Shown: in pieces, positions 20,298 to 30,558 of the stretch
Position numbering within the stretch: position 1 is the stretch's first letter
Layout: each line of letters starts with the position of its first letter
IMG/VR virus record: IMGVR_UViG_3300041405_000400
Length of the DNA stretch: 64,000 bases
Reading direction: 5' to 3' (one strand)
Source of the DNA: an uncultured virus (IMG/VR IMGVR_UViG_3300041405_000400)
Lineage: Duplodnaviria; Heunggongvirae; Uroviricota; Caudoviricetes
Notes under the pieces: generated by a model
What the model saw: the letters and a program-made list of their open reading frames with translations, nothing else
Databases searched by the model: none
What the model was told of the DNA's origin: nothing
Program-made: the position numbers and the translations under genes

Positions 20298-20987
20298 ATG
20301 AGCATCAAGCCAGACAAGTGGATCAAACGACAGTGCATGACCCCCACCCATATTCGCCTGGATAGCGCCGGTAAGGCGTATTTCCACAATAGCGGCCTTG
20401 GTCCTTTGCCGGTCGCTGAAACACTTTGGCACGAGGTTACCCCTGCTGAACTTGAGCAATTCTGGCGTCCTATGATCGAGCCTTTCAACTCGGGTCAATG
20501 TCGCGGCAAGCCCGGTGAGCCATCAATCAGTTACGGCGTCAGCAGCTATGGCTACGACGTCCGATGCGCCAATAAATTCAAGGTGTTCACTAATATCAAT
20601 TCGGCCACGGTCGATCCGAAAAATTTCAACCCAGAAAGCTTCGTGGACGTGGAGAGCGATGTCTGCATCATTCCTCCAAACTCGTTTGCGCTGGCCAGCA
20701 CCGTTGAATATTTTCGGATTCCACGTAATGTCCTGACGATCTGCTTGGGCAAAAGCACTTACGCTCGCTGTGGTATCATTGTAAACGTAACGCCACTTGA
20801 GCCGGAGTGGGAGGGTCATGTGACACTGGAGTTCTCCAACACCACGACTCTGCCCGCTAAAATTTATGCCAACGAAGGCGTTGCGCAGATGTTGTTCTTT
20901 GAGTCCGATGAGGAGTGCGAGGTTTCCTACAAGGATCGAAACGGAAAATATCAAGGTCAGCGCGGCGTGACGCTGCCAAAGGCTTAA
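20298..20987 (+). CDS. dcd: dCTP deaminase
   Basis: [48 protein letters not shown]. Confidence 0.97.
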   Translation: MSIKPDKWIKRQCMTPTHIRLDSAGKAYFHNSGLGPLPVAETLWHEVTPAELEQFWRPMIEPFNSGQCRGKPGEPSISYGVSSYGYDVRCANKFKVFTNINSATVDPKNFNPESFVDVESDVCIIPPNSFALASTVEYFRIPRNVLTICLGKSTYARCGIIVNVTPLEPEWEGHVTLEFSNTTTLPAKIYANEGVAQMLFFESDEECEVSYKDRNGKYQGQRGVTLPKA

Positions 20988-21016
20988 GGTTTTTGATCTC
21001 AAACAAAGGTGGCGGC

Positions 21017-21271
21017 ATGCTTAAGGGTCTCGTAAACGCGCTTGGATCGATTGGGGAAGGTTGGGCAAGCATCATGAATGCTTGTGCGGGCACCAGTCGC
21101 TTTGATGACTACAAACATCTGATGCCGCGTGGGCGTGACGTTAAGCCTGAAGGGGTTTTGAACGCTGATAAGACGGCGCTTCTGGGTGACCAAAGCAGTC
21201 TTGTTCAATGGAAAGACATTGGGCAGTGGAGTGATATCGGCAAGCAATGGAGCGGTAGGGATGGCGACTGA
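21017..21271 (+). CDS. hypothetical protein
   Basis: ORF downstream of dcd. Confidence 0.55.
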   Translation: MLKGLVNALGSIGEGWASIMNACAGTSRFDDYKHLMPRGRDVKPEGVLNADKTALLGDQSSLVQWKDIGQWSDIGKQWSGRDGD

Positions 21272-21818
21272 TGATCCGCTCTCTTATGTAGAGTGGGCCT
21301 TCTTGTCATGGGTGGCTGAGAACCCTAAATCCCATTGTTTTTACATCACGGCCAATAAGGTAATTTCGCAGTTCGAGTTCACCGCAGAAGCTGACAAGGC
21401 CGCACAGTCGTTGGTCAAGCGTGGTTTTTTTGATGCGACGAGTTATCGCTGCTACCGGATTAATGATGCTGGGCTGGGTGCCTTGAGGGACGCAGCAAAA
21501 CCAGAATGGCAGACCCCAAACACTCCGGCATTCAGCGTCAATGAGCATGTTGCGCTCAATTCCCTGTACGAGCGCGGTGCTGACTCGGAATGGAAAATGC
21601 TTACGTCGGTTGATGGGTTGAGTCGCGCACAGCTGGTGTCCGCCTTGCAAGCGCTTGTTGCGCATGGTTTGGCCACGGCAACACAAAAGCCGGGCGCAGA
21701 GATTTACACACAGGAGAATGTACGCTGCCCTTCCCTGTTCAGGCATTCAAGGTTCGGCTGGCACTACATGCTGACCACTCACGGCGTTGAAAAGCTGTGT
21801 GAGCTGGATTTGGAATAA
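21261..21818 (+). CDS. hypothetical protein, possibly tandem winged-helix domains
   Basis: two segments resembling 'L..L...G.....Y.I/LT..G'. Confidence 0.65.
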   Translation: MATDDPLSYVEWAFLSWVAENPKSHCFYITANKVISQFEFTAEADKAAQSLVKRGFFDATSYRCYRINDAGLGALRDAAKPEWQTPNTPAFSVNEHVALNSLYERGADSEWKMLTSVDGLSRAQLVSALQALVAHGLATATQKPGAEIYTQENVRCPSLFRHSRFGWHYMLTTHGVEKLCELDLE

Positions 21819-21859
21819 TCAATTTTCTGACAATGTGACAAATTAACGAGTATTCGAAC

Positions 21860-22225
21860 ATGATTGGTGTTTTTCTGGATGATGAGCGCGTTCCAAGCGA
21901 TGTCACTTGGGGTGTTTATCCGCAAGGTATCGTGTGGCGCATCGTCCGCAACTATGCGGAATTTGTGGCGGCTGTAACTGAGCTGGGCAAAGATGAGTTC
22001 GTCATCAGCTTTGATCATGACCTTCAGGATTTCGACGCGGACGGCGCCGAAAAAACCGGTTACACCTGCATGAAAATGCTGGTAGACCTGTGCATTGATA
22101 CCGATGCGAAAATTCCTGTTTGTTTCTTCCATTCCAAAAACGGAATCGGTGGAGACAACATGGCAGGCTATTACCATAACGCAGTCAAACACTTTGGCCT
22201 GCGTCCAACTAAATTTGAGGAATAA
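21860..22225 (+). CDS. cyclic-phosphate-processing receiver-domain protein
   Basis: VFLDDERVP, ISFDHDL, TGY, HSKNGIGGDNM. Confidence 0.85.
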   Translation: MIGVFLDDERVPSDVTWGVYPQGIVWRIVRNYAEFVAAVTELGKDEFVISFDHDLQDFDADGAEKTGYTCMKMLVDLCIDTDAKIPVCFFHSKNGIGGDNMAGYYHNAVKHFGLRPTKFEE

Positions 22226-22231
22226 AACTGA

Positions 22232-22672
22232 ATGAAAGGCGCGGGCGGAACGGAAGGCGGTGTCGTTAAATTTCTTGTTGGCTTGATCATGATCGCAATC
22301 GGCGGCTACATGCTGCTCAACGCGATCCAGGTCACTTCCAGCTTTGGTCTGGGTTCACGCCTGTATGGCTTCAATGCCATGGGCAGCACCTATGGCCTCA
22401 CCAGCGGCATGATCATGGTGCCCTTTATGTTTGGTGTGGGCATCATTTTCTATGACTACAAAAAATGGCTGGGCTGGGTGCTTGCTACAGGCTCCCTCGC
22501 CGCGCTGATCGTCGGTGTGATTTCGTCGATTCGTTTTACGTTCAGGACGATGACCTCTTTCGACCTGATCGTGATTTTGGTGCTGTTCGTGGGTGGAATC
22601 GGCCTATTTCTCAACTCATTGAAATCCGCCAAAATTGATGACAAAACGACCAAGGAAGCTGGAGGAGCTTGA
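22232..22672 (+). CDS. four-TM membrane protein
   Basis: MKGAGGTEGG N-terminus, four hydrophobic helices. Confidence 0.85.
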   Translation: MKGAGGTEGGVVKFLVGLIMIAIGGYMLLNAIQVTSSFGLGSRLYGFNAMGSTYGLTSGMIMVPFMFGVGIIFYDYKKWLGWVLATGSLAALIVGVISSIRFTFRTMTSFDLIVILVLFVGGIGLFLNSLKSAKIDDKTTKEAGGA

Positions 22673-22673
22673 A

Positions 22674-22862
22674 ATGAGCCCGGTGAATTTCTACTTGGCT
22701 CTGGCGATGGTGCTGATGATTGGGTTTGTGGCGGGATACTTTGTTGCGCGCATGACTCAATCAAGCGGCCAGGGAAAGCAAGCGCCTGAAGTCCGTCGAT
22801 CAGAACACCTGGGGCGGGTCGCTTCAAGCCATCCGGCTCATGTTGCAACCATTGATAATTAA
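22674..22862 (+). CDS. small single-TM protein
   Basis: GGAGGAG RBS. Confidence 0.6.
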   Translation: MSPVNFYLALAMVLMIGFVAGYFVARMTQSSGQGKQAPEVRRSEHLGRVASSHPAHVATIDN

Positions 22863-22871
22863 GGGGTCAGC

Positions 22872-23264
22872 ATGACTGATAACACGTGTCCGGTATGTGA
22901 GGAAGGCTCACTCACTGAAGTGGTTTCTACCCATGAAGTCTCTCACAAGGGCCGATGCGGGGTTGTCGGGTCGTTTGGCGCAGTCTGTAGTTTCTGTGAG
23001 ACCTATCAGGCTGGTGGTGAGCATCTACGTGAAAATAAACACCGTATGCTTCGTTTTAAAGCGGGCATTGACTTCGGGCACAAGGCTGACGATATGCCAA
23101 TGGATTTGCTGCGAGCCATTTATGATCGCAAACCGCATTTCTATGGCACCCCTACCCATTTTTGGTCGATGAAGTTGAGCCGCACCCATGGAACATGTCG
23201 ATTGCCGCGTGGGCTTTGGCGCCAGCAGTTTGCAATTGGCTGGAAAAAGTCTCCAGGAATGTAA
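22872..23264 (+). CDS. MqsA-family zinc-finger domain protein lacking the HTH
   Basis: CPVCEEG...CSFC...LRENKHRM. Confidence 0.6.
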   Translation: MTDNTCPVCEEGSLTEVVSTHEVSHKGRCGVVGSFGAVCSFCETYQAGGEHLRENKHRMLRFKAGIDFGHKADDMPMDLLRAIYDRKPHFYGTPTHFWSMKLSRTHGTCRLPRGLWRQQFAIGWKKSPGM

Positions 23265-23386
23265 ATTCACTGAAACAGTTTTTTAAAAAACGCTTATCTT
23301 TACTGAATTGTCCAACAGATTGTTGGACAAACTGTCTTTCTACGTCTTGAATCTCACTTCATATTGCCCCAATCACCTCTTCAAGG

Positions 23387-25153
23387 ATGTGTATTTTGGC
23401 TAGGATAAATGAAATAAAGACGGTAGGTCTTTTGGCGCTGATAGTTTGTGTAGCGCCCAATGCCAGCGCCTGGTACTTCCCAGGCGTCAGCGAAATTGTA
23501 AGGGGCGGTGAGCAAATACTTCACGAAGGTGGAAAAGTTATTACGTCCGTCATTGGAGGCGTTGTTCGTGTTGGGGAAGGTGTCGTTGATGGTACTGGCA
23601 AAATAATCAATGCCGCTGGCAAGGAGGTCAGTATTTTTGGCCAAAACATCAACAGCGAAGGCAATATCGCCATCTCCAATGCGAGTCGAGAATTCAACAA
23701 GGGCATTTCAGACATTGCTAGAAATTTAGGCAAGGCCTCCGAGGATACGAAAGCCACTGTCGGTAAGGCTGGCAAGGATGTTGAGGCAAACATCGCTAAA
23801 TCCGGTCGGGATATTGAGGATGCAGCTCACGCGGTAGGTACTTACGTAGAGCGCCAAACTCAAAGCACAATCAGCAGCTACGAGAAGGCCATCACGAGAA
23901 TCCGCGAAGGTAAATTCGTCGATGCGGTATGGCATGCTGCCCTTGATCCGCTCAATGACCAGCAGAAGAACATGGCTATGGCTGCAACAGAAAGCAGCCT
24001 GATCCGTACGATAGGCCAGACCGCTGCCAGCGCCTACGGTGGCCCACAAGGCGCCGCAGCTTATGCGGCATGGCTCACCTATCACCAGACGGGCGGGGAC
24101 ATCAATGCGGCCATTCAGGTCGGTTTGATAACAGGGATTACCGCAGAAGCATTCAGTGGCCTGAATGAGCACATGACGGCCAATGAATACACCGTGTACC
24201 AGAAGGCATTAGTGGTCTCTACGGTTGGCGCTGTAGGGGTGGCTGCTGCTGGAGGCTCGCCCGACGATGTTAAAAATGGGTTCCTGGCAGCAGGCGCTAT
24301 GGTGTTGGTTCAAGACTATTACGAAGAATCCACAAAGCATGAGTTAGGAAGAGATGCACAAAAGGCATCAAAAGACGGCCCGCCATACTGCACTTCAGGG
24401 TTTAAAGGGGTTTGCACACCCGTTCCTGACGATATCGTGTTGGAGCGAGGCCCTGATGGGTTGCCAACCAAACTGGATCGCACAAAAATAGATATTCGAG
24501 TGGATTCGGTCGGCATTGAAGGCAGTGCAGATCGAGGAGGAGAATTCACCAAGCCCATGGAGATTGCCTCGAAGATCCCAGGTATTCAGGGAATGTCCGT
24601 AATGCATGATCAGTGGGTAATAGACTACGGCCTTCAGGGCGCCCAAATACCTACCACAATTATCCCTGCCATCATCGTCTTTTATGCGGGAACCGGAGCG
24701 CCCTACTACGACCTACAACGACAAACTGCCATTGAGAAAGCGCTCAGGGCTCAGATTAAGGCTGATGCAGGAAAAGCACCAACTGACCCAAGCGAACAGC
24801 TGACCTCTGAGCAGATAGCCGCGATCAGTCCTGTAGTGAATGAGGCAAATTTTACTCGCCCAGATCCTACTTCTATCGTGGATTCGTATGTGTGCGCACT
24901 GCCACAGACGGCCAATCAGATGGTGGTCGAGGAGTTTGACATACCTAATCCATTTGTCTGCCGTGTACTGTATCTCAACGGCGCCACGCAAACTTCCAAG
25001 CCGATTTGGTATGCCCGGCACGAGACTGGTTATTGTGCAAAGGAGGCCGCAAAGCTGTCCAAGAGGCTGGAATGGTTGGGGATGAAGTGCATGCAACAGG
25101 ATGGCAGCAAGAAGCTACTGGCTGAAAGTAAGGTGGCCAAAGCCCGCCCTTAA
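23387..25153 (+). CDS. secreted Ala/Gly-rich helical protein
   Basis: signal peptide (…APNASA), amphipathic ~11-residue repeats, Cys-containing C-terminal domain. Confidence 0.8.
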   Translation: MCILARINEIKTVGLLALIVCVAPNASAWYFPGVSEIVRGGEQILHEGGKVITSVIGGVVRVGEGVVDGTGKIINAAGKEVSIFGQNINSEGNIAISNASREFNKGISDIARNLGKASEDTKATVGKAGKDVEANIAKSGRDIEDAAHAVGTYVERQTQSTISSYEKAITRIREGKFVDAVWHAALDPLNDQQKNMAMAATESSLIRTIGQTAASAYGGPQGAAAYAAWLTYHQTGGDINAAIQVGLITGITAEAFSGLNEHMTANEYTVYQKALVVSTVGAVGVAAAGGSPDDVKNGFLAAGAMVLVQDYYEESTKHELGRDAQKASKDGPPYCTSGFKGVCTPVPDDIVLERGPDGLPTKLDRTKIDIRVDSVGIEGSADRGGEFTKPMEIASKIPGIQGMSVMHDQWVIDYGLQGAQIPTTIIPAIIVFYAGTGAPYYDLQRQTAIEKALRAQIKADAGKAPTDPSEQLTSEQIAAISPVVNEANFTRPDPTSIVDSYVCALPQTANQMVVEEFDIPNPFVCRVLYLNGATQTSKPIWYARHETGYCAKEAAKLSKRLEWLGMKCMQQDGSKKLLAESKVAKARP

Positions 25154-25194
25154 GGGTGTGTCGGCAAACTGCCATTAACTGCGCAGCTTGCTGA

Positions 25195-25413
25195 TCAATG
25201 AACGGTCGGAATCTTTGCGCCCATCAGCTTCAGCAGTGCCACAGTCGGCTCAGCGGGTGCATCCAGGATCTCTTGCACTCGTTCCATCGCCTCATCAGAG
25301 ATCACGATTCTTTCAGAGTTGGATGGATCAAGACGCCCCATTCCCAGCTCCACGTAGGTCACATCAGGATCACCTGCACCTGCTACCGGTTTTTTATTCT
25401 TTTTACTGCTCAT
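25195..25413 (-). CDS. DUF1778/TacA-like antitoxin C-terminal domain protein
   Basis: RIVISDEAMERVQEILDAPAEPTVALLKLM. Confidence 0.65.
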   Translation of the reverse strand: MSSKKNKKPVAGAGDPDVTYVELGMGRLDPSNSERIVISDEAMERVQEILDAPAEPTVALLKLMGAKIPTVH

Positions 25414-25633
25414 GAGAATTATCTCTAAAATTTAAATTAGAATGGATCATACCTATACCTCATAAAAATGTCAATATGATTTTCACGAGGGTTGGCAAAG
25501 ATAAGAGACCCCCTACCGCTGGACCACTTCAGGCCGCAGGCATGGATTATTCGAGATAACGCATGTCATTGTGATTGACATTGATGCGGGGGTTTCCTAT
25601 ACTGACCTCATTCAAATGCAAGGAGTGTTCCCC

Positions 25634-26137
25634 ATGGAATTCAATGTTGGCGATTCACCTGAACTGGCTGCATACATCTTGGCTCGTTTTACCAATGAGC
25701 CTGAAAAGCATCCTGATGTGCTGGCCAACTTGACTCGCACTTTGTGGAACAGCCTGAGCTATCGTGTGGCCAAGCCTTTTGAGGAAGGTGGTGCTGCCGA
25801 GATCATTTCGGGAACCGGTAAGCACTTCGTTTATGACAAAAAGACCCAGCTGGTTTTCTTCAACATGAGCGGCGGCACTCATCAATTGCTGATCTCCTAT
25901 TTTGCGGCTTTGCACAAAACCGACTTTTCTCAAGACACCGATGGCTGGTTCACCGAGCATTTCGTAGGGTGGAACGCCCAAAGCAAACTGGTTGATTACT
26001 ATATCGGCTCCGGTTTGGGCCTGTTTGAATCAACAGTGGGTGGTAAGGATCGAATCTGGGCGTCTAGTGATATTGAGTTCAACTCAATGGAGCGTCAGGT
26101 CTTCCGGCGTTTTGAGAAGTTTGATCCTAACGACTGA
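25634..26137 (+). CDS. hypothetical protein
   Basis: AAGGAG RBS; TTGACA-17-TATACT promoter. Confidence 0.8.
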   Translation: MEFNVGDSPELAAYILARFTNEPEKHPDVLANLTRTLWNSLSYRVAKPFEEGGAAEIISGTGKHFVYDKKTQLVFFNMSGGTHQLLISYFAALHKTDFSQDTDGWFTEHFVGWNAQSKLVDYYIGSGLGLFESTVGGKDRIWASSDIEFNSMERQVFRRFEKFDPND

Positions 26138-26217
26138 TTAAATGTTGGAGGGGATGCTTGTGCATTCCCAGCAATAACACGTATGCCCTATCTCACTTAA
26201 CAACAAGGTGACCAAGA

Positions 26218-26442
26218 ATGAATGATGAAGAAATTAAGGCTGAATGCCTTCGGCGGGATGCGTGCGATGATCACCTCGTTTACAGGATCTCTGTTGATTC
26301 AAGAACGTTCAAACTTGTATGGTCAAGCATTTCCTGGCAATCACTGATCCATGGTGAGCGTTATTGCATGGTAAAAAACGGGAACATTTTCAATTCTGCT
26401 GAAGAATGTCAGGCAGCGATAGCGCGAGCACTGAATCGCTGA
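26218..26442 (+). CDS. hypothetical protein
   Basis: AAGGTG RBS. Confidence 0.6.
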   Translation: MNDEEIKAECLRRDACDDHLVYRISVDSRTFKLVWSSISWQSLIHGERYCMVKNGNIFNSAEECQAAIARALNR

Positions 26443-26855
26443 TTTTATGTGCGATGGGCTTTCAAGTGGGCCGCGTCTGCTGGAGGCTTTCCATAACTGA
26501 TATTGCGGTTGCTGGATCGTATTCCCCATCGATAACAGTGGCGGTAACCAAGTCAGGGGGCTCGGTGCAAACACTGAACCTTTCTGTTCCCAACTGGACG
26601 GTTTACCCAAATGACGGCTGGCTGGATTGATTTTGTTTAATTGATGCTGTCGTATTAGACAAAAACTCGCTAATTGCGAGTTTTTTCTTAATAATATTGA
26701 CATTTTTATCGTGCGGCCTATAATGTCATTAAGGATGGCCACCTTCCGCTCCCGCCTGAAAAGGTACGGTAAACCCGCTGAGAGTCAAACACCTCACTCA
26801 TAGCATTCAATGAATCTGTGCGTGGCAAGGGGAGCCGCTACAAGTTAACAGATTC

Positions 26856-27626
26856 ATGGAGAATGATATGAGCAAGTCTTTTTCAACATATTCTGATTAT
26901 TCAGCCTTTGCCCATGCAGTTGTGCGTGCCTCCGATGGCCGACTGGGCATTAACGGCAGTGGGTTGCTTTCTTTGTTTGCAAAAGCACGTGGGTTTGATT
27001 CACCGCAAGCTTTTAAAGCATCTTTCCCGGTTTCACCGGAAGCACCCCAGGGGGTCTTCTCTCCTTCACCTGATATCGGTTCTTCCCGAGAAAAGATCAG
27101 TTTGCAATTGCGATCTTCAGTGTCTGAGTTTTTCTTCTCCGATTTTGATGTATCCAAAATGGTTCGAGAGGCGGTGACCGAGGCTATTTTTCAAAAAGAA
27201 TCAGCACGCGCTATGGACATTCGTAGCGCGTTGTATGGCAGCGAGTTGCATACCCAGTTTATAGAAGATATTTTCACCTATCCTCAAACCTCAAAAGATT
27301 TTGACCTTGATTACCTCGTTAAAATTCATGGAAATGATGCTTACCGCAATGTATGTAACTCCAGAAATGTAGTGCATATGAGTTTTGTTGATGGGCTGCT
27401 ATTCCGGGTTCAACGTGAATCAGCTGAGCTAGCATTTCGAGAAATGCTGGATGAGATGCTGACATTGCTTCAGATATCCGTTTTGAACAATTACCCTGTT
27501 CGCCAGTCAATATTGGGGCAGTATGCAGAACCTCGAAACCCAGAAATGCTTTTGAATAATGAGGTCTTTCGTCAACACTTTCTCATTATTCTTAATCAGT
27601 TGCTGGTGAGCGACTACATGGACTAA
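26856..27626 (+). CDS. hypothetical protein
   Basis: own promoter, long leader, and terminator at ~27635. Confidence 0.8.
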   Translation: MENDMSKSFSTYSDYSAFAHAVVRASDGRLGINGSGLLSLFAKARGFDSPQAFKASFPVSPEAPQGVFSPSPDIGSSREKISLQLRSSVSEFFFSDFDVSKMVREAVTEAIFQKESARAMDIRSALYGSELHTQFIEDIFTYPQTSKDFDLDYLVKIHGNDAYRNVCNSRNVVHMSFVDGLLFRVQRESAELAFREMLDEMLTLLQISVLNNYPVRQSILGQYAEPRNPEMLLNNEVFRQHFLIILNQLLVSDYMD

Positions 27627-27721
27627 TCAGCAGGCCCCTCCTAGTGAGGGGTTTTGTTGTTTTTGGCTGCGTTATGGTAATTTCGTATAAACTAATTAGA
27701 AATATTTACACGGAGTAATTA

Positions 27722-28339
27722 ATGGATACCGATCATAAAGTGCCTGGACTCAGCTGCGCAGTTTATCCTGCAAAATTTAGCGTCCGTGACGTGCGAACTA
27801 AAATTGATGACCCCTCTATTCAGAAAGCGCTACGGCGATTTTATAGGCAGGATGAGCCGACCGTGAGTGTCAGTGACATTTGGTTTGAGTGTGTAATGAA
27901 AGAGCTTGAGTCATTCCCGTCTGAAACCATTGAGGCCCACCTGAAGACCTACAGTCAGGCGCGATTGATCCAGCAATTTGACCGCGACAAGCCATCTTTT
28001 ATTAAGGTAGATGTGGTGCTGCTGATAGCATTGCTCGGCATCATTGTCACTCAGCGTGCAGCTGATGGTGTGAGTGTCCCTGGCGTCGATTGGGAGGGGC
28101 TGCGCAGGCTCATTGCGCTGGGCGATACAGGTGCCATCTGCGAGGCTCAAAGGGCAATTGATGGAGATCACGACTGGAATGGGTTGAAATCACAAGCCCT
28201 TGAAATGAGCGGGATCTCTAGTAATGCCAGAATGGAAGCGTTTATGCCGCAGCGTGAGCCTATTCGCCCGCTCTCCAGCACAGCAGATGGCGTTTATCCG
28301 GTTCGATCTATGTTTTTTGACCAAGGTGACAAGGCATGA
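27722..28339 (+). CDS. hypothetical protein
   Basis: GGAG RBS. Confidence 0.75.
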   Translation: MDTDHKVPGLSCAVYPAKFSVRDVRTKIDDPSIQKALRRFYRQDEPTVSVSDIWFECVMKELESFPSETIEAHLKTYSQARLIQQFDRDKPSFIKVDVVLLIALLGIIVTQRAADGVSVPGVDWEGLRRLIALGDTGAICEAQRAIDGDHDWNGLKSQALEMSGISSNARMEAFMPQREPIRPLSSTADGVYPVRSMFFDQGDKA

Positions 28340-28572
28340 TCCGGCGCCTGTTCAAGGGACTGGTTAGGCGCCTTTTATTCAGGAGGTTGGCGCCAGCCAA
28401 TAAACTGGAGAATACCGGCAATCCATTTACGGACCCGGCAAGCAAAACATCAATGCGATTTATGAAAGACGCACATGATGCCGTGATATCGCAGATGCTT
28501 GATCCGACAAAGATTAAAAATTCTCAGCACAAACCTAAGGCTTTCGGGAGCAGTTTTCATGACAAGCACTGA
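28336..28572 (+). CDS. hypothetical protein
   Basis: ATGA overlap. Confidence 0.55.
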   Translation: MIRRLFKGLVRRLLFRRLAPANKLENTGNPFTDPASKTSMRFMKDAHDAVISQMLDPTKIKNSQHKPKAFGSSFHDKH

Positions 28573-29359
28573 TAAATTTAATGGCGACCCTCAACGCCCG
28601 TTCGGACATCGTGTGAAAAAATCGACCACATCGTTGGACATTGATGTTTACCCGGTGATTCACCATCTCAATGCGGCCACTACGCTTGAACAGGCCGATA
28701 TTGCCTTTGACGCCCAGGCAGACGGCGTGTTCCTGATTTCGCATTATCGTGATGATGATGCACTGGTGCCACTGGCTCATCAGATCAAGGCGAAGTACCC
28801 GGACAAGAAGGTTGGGCTAAACTTCCTTTCCAAAGGCCCTCAGGCGGCGCTGGACGCTGTTGATATCGCGGGGCTTGACATGATGTGGGGGGACTACTGT
28901 GGCGTCACCTCCGGTGAGCCAGAAATGCTGGCGCATGATCTTGACGTTCGCAATCAGGAGATTGGCGTAAAGGACATCTTTGCCTCGGTGGCTTTCAAGT
29001 ATCAGGCTGAAGACACTGATCCTCCATTGGCTGCACGCCACGCTAAAATCTTTGGCTTTATTCCAACGACCAGCGGCGCCGGAACCGGCGAAGCGCCAAC
29101 CGTGGATAAGATCAAGGCCATGAGCGCAGCCGCTGATGGAAATCTGGCGGTGGCCAGCGGCATGACGGTGGAAAACATAGGTGATTACGCCCCCTATCTT
29201 CGCTACGTCCTGGTGGCTACTGGGGTGTCGTTGGACGACCATCACTTCGATTTTGAGCGTCTGTATCGATTCATTGCGCTGGCCAAAAACGCCAAAGCCA
29301 ATCACTTGATTACCAGTGAGTTGGTCGCGGTTGCGGCAAAGACGGATGGCGGTAAGTAA
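28559..29359 (+). CDS. BtpA/SgcQ-family TIM-barrel protein
   Basis: PVIH...ADGVFLI, GLNFL, VAFKYQ, TSGAGTG, ASGMTVENI, LVATG. Confidence 0.8.
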   Translation: MTSTDKFNGDPQRPFGHRVKKSTTSLDIDVYPVIHHLNAATTLEQADIAFDAQADGVFLISHYRDDDALVPLAHQIKAKYPDKKVGLNFLSKGPQAALDAVDIAGLDMMWGDYCGVTSGEPEMLAHDLDVRNQEIGVKDIFASVAFKYQAEDTDPPLAARHAKIFGFIPTTSGAGTGEAPTVDKIKAMSAAADGNLAVASGMTVENIGDYAPYLRYVLVATGVSLDDHHFDFERLYRFIALAKNAKANHLITSELVAVAAKTDGGK

Positions 29360-30204
29360 TGACTGTCAAAGCGAAGTTTCTTATCGACAGGTATGTCGTA
29401 GAAAATAGCTATCACGATGACCTTTATGAGCAATTGAAGCTGCTCGGATTTGAGGTTGTTTGTGATGGCTACACCTATTTCACTCAGGAGCCTGCGACCA
29501 AGCATTTTGGTGATGATGACTGCGTGGTTCTGTACGGCAGCATGAGCTTTGTGGAGCAATTTGGTCGTGGGCGTGGATTCATCCCAGGCGCCTATTACAC
29601 CAAGAGTCGCTACCTCTGCTCCCAGTACATGCACAGGCTGCCTGAAGGCATCATGGCGAACGATGATTATCTGATGCTGCCTTTTGGTGAGTTCGTCCGC
29701 CGTCACAAGTCGATTTACCAGTTGTTCAACAGCAACAAGATTTTCATTCGACCCAACTCTGGACACAAAACCTTCACCGGCCTTCCGATCCATATTGAGG
29801 AATTTACTCATGAAATCAATACATTGAGAAAGCTTCTTAATGTATCGGATGACACATTGATTTTGATCGCGTCCTGCAAGGAAATCATGGCTGAGTACCG
29901 GTTTTTCGTCGTTGGCGGAAAGGTGATTACTGGCTCCAGGTACAAGCTTGGAAATGAGCTTTCCATTGAGCCCATCATTGATGAGGCGTGCCTTGAGGTG
30001 GCTAAACGCGTTGCCGAGCATGCTTGGCAGGTGGATCTGGCCTATGCATGCGATGTTGGTATTGTGGATGGAAAACCGAAGGTCATCGAACTTAATGCAT
30101 TTTCTACATCTGGGCTCTATGCTGTTGATATTCCTAGCTTGTTTACTGCTGTCGCCGAGATTGCGGTAGCTGAATGGAATGACGAAGTTTCACTTACCGA
30201 TTAA
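29359..30204 (+). CDS. ATP-grasp domain protein (R2K/DUF4343-like)
   Basis: FIRPNSGHKTFTG, EYRFFVVGGKVITGSRY, IELNAFSTSGLY. Confidence 0.85.
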   Translation: MTVKAKFLIDRYVVENSYHDDLYEQLKLLGFEVVCDGYTYFTQEPATKHFGDDDCVVLYGSMSFVEQFGRGRGFIPGAYYTKSRYLCSQYMHRLPEGIMANDDYLMLPFGEFVRRHKSIYQLFNSNKIFIRPNSGHKTFTGLPIHIEEFTHEINTLRKLLNVSDDTLILIASCKEIMAEYRFFVVGGKVITGSRYKLGNELSIEPIIDEACLEVAKRVAEHAWQVDLAYACDVGIVDGKPKVIELNAFSTSGLYAVDIPSLFTAVAEIAVAEWNDEVSLTD

Positions 30205-30213
30205 GGGCAAACG

Positions 30214-30468
30214 ATGACTGTCTCAAAAAACCATCTCTGCTTAAAGCATGGCGGAGACCGCGAGACGCCGGATGACTTCTGGCGCTGCGATACCTGTGCT
30301 CGCAACCACATCAATAACTGTGCCTGTGGGGCGCCCGCACGCTGCTTCGGCGAGGCATTGATGTGCGCTGTGAGCTGCGAGCGGTGTAAGGAGTTTGTGA
30401 TGTATGTCGGTTTTGATAAGGACATACGCAAGCTCTGGAACGAAGGTGTTCGAGGAAACGTTAAGTAA
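30214..30468 (+). CDS. small Cys-rich zinc-finger protein (Lar-like C-terminus)
   Basis: CACG...CERC...LWN. Confidence 0.65.
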   Translation: MTVSKNHLCLKHGGDRETPDDFWRCDTCARNHINNCACGAPARCFGEALMCAVSCERCKEFVMYVGFDKDIRKLWNEGVRGNVK

Positions 30469-30558
30469 GGAGTAGCTGTCTCATTGTTCTGCCAATTTGC
30501 GTGAACATGAGCACGCTAGGTGCTCCAAATTAAATATCAGGAAAACAGGAGATTCACT

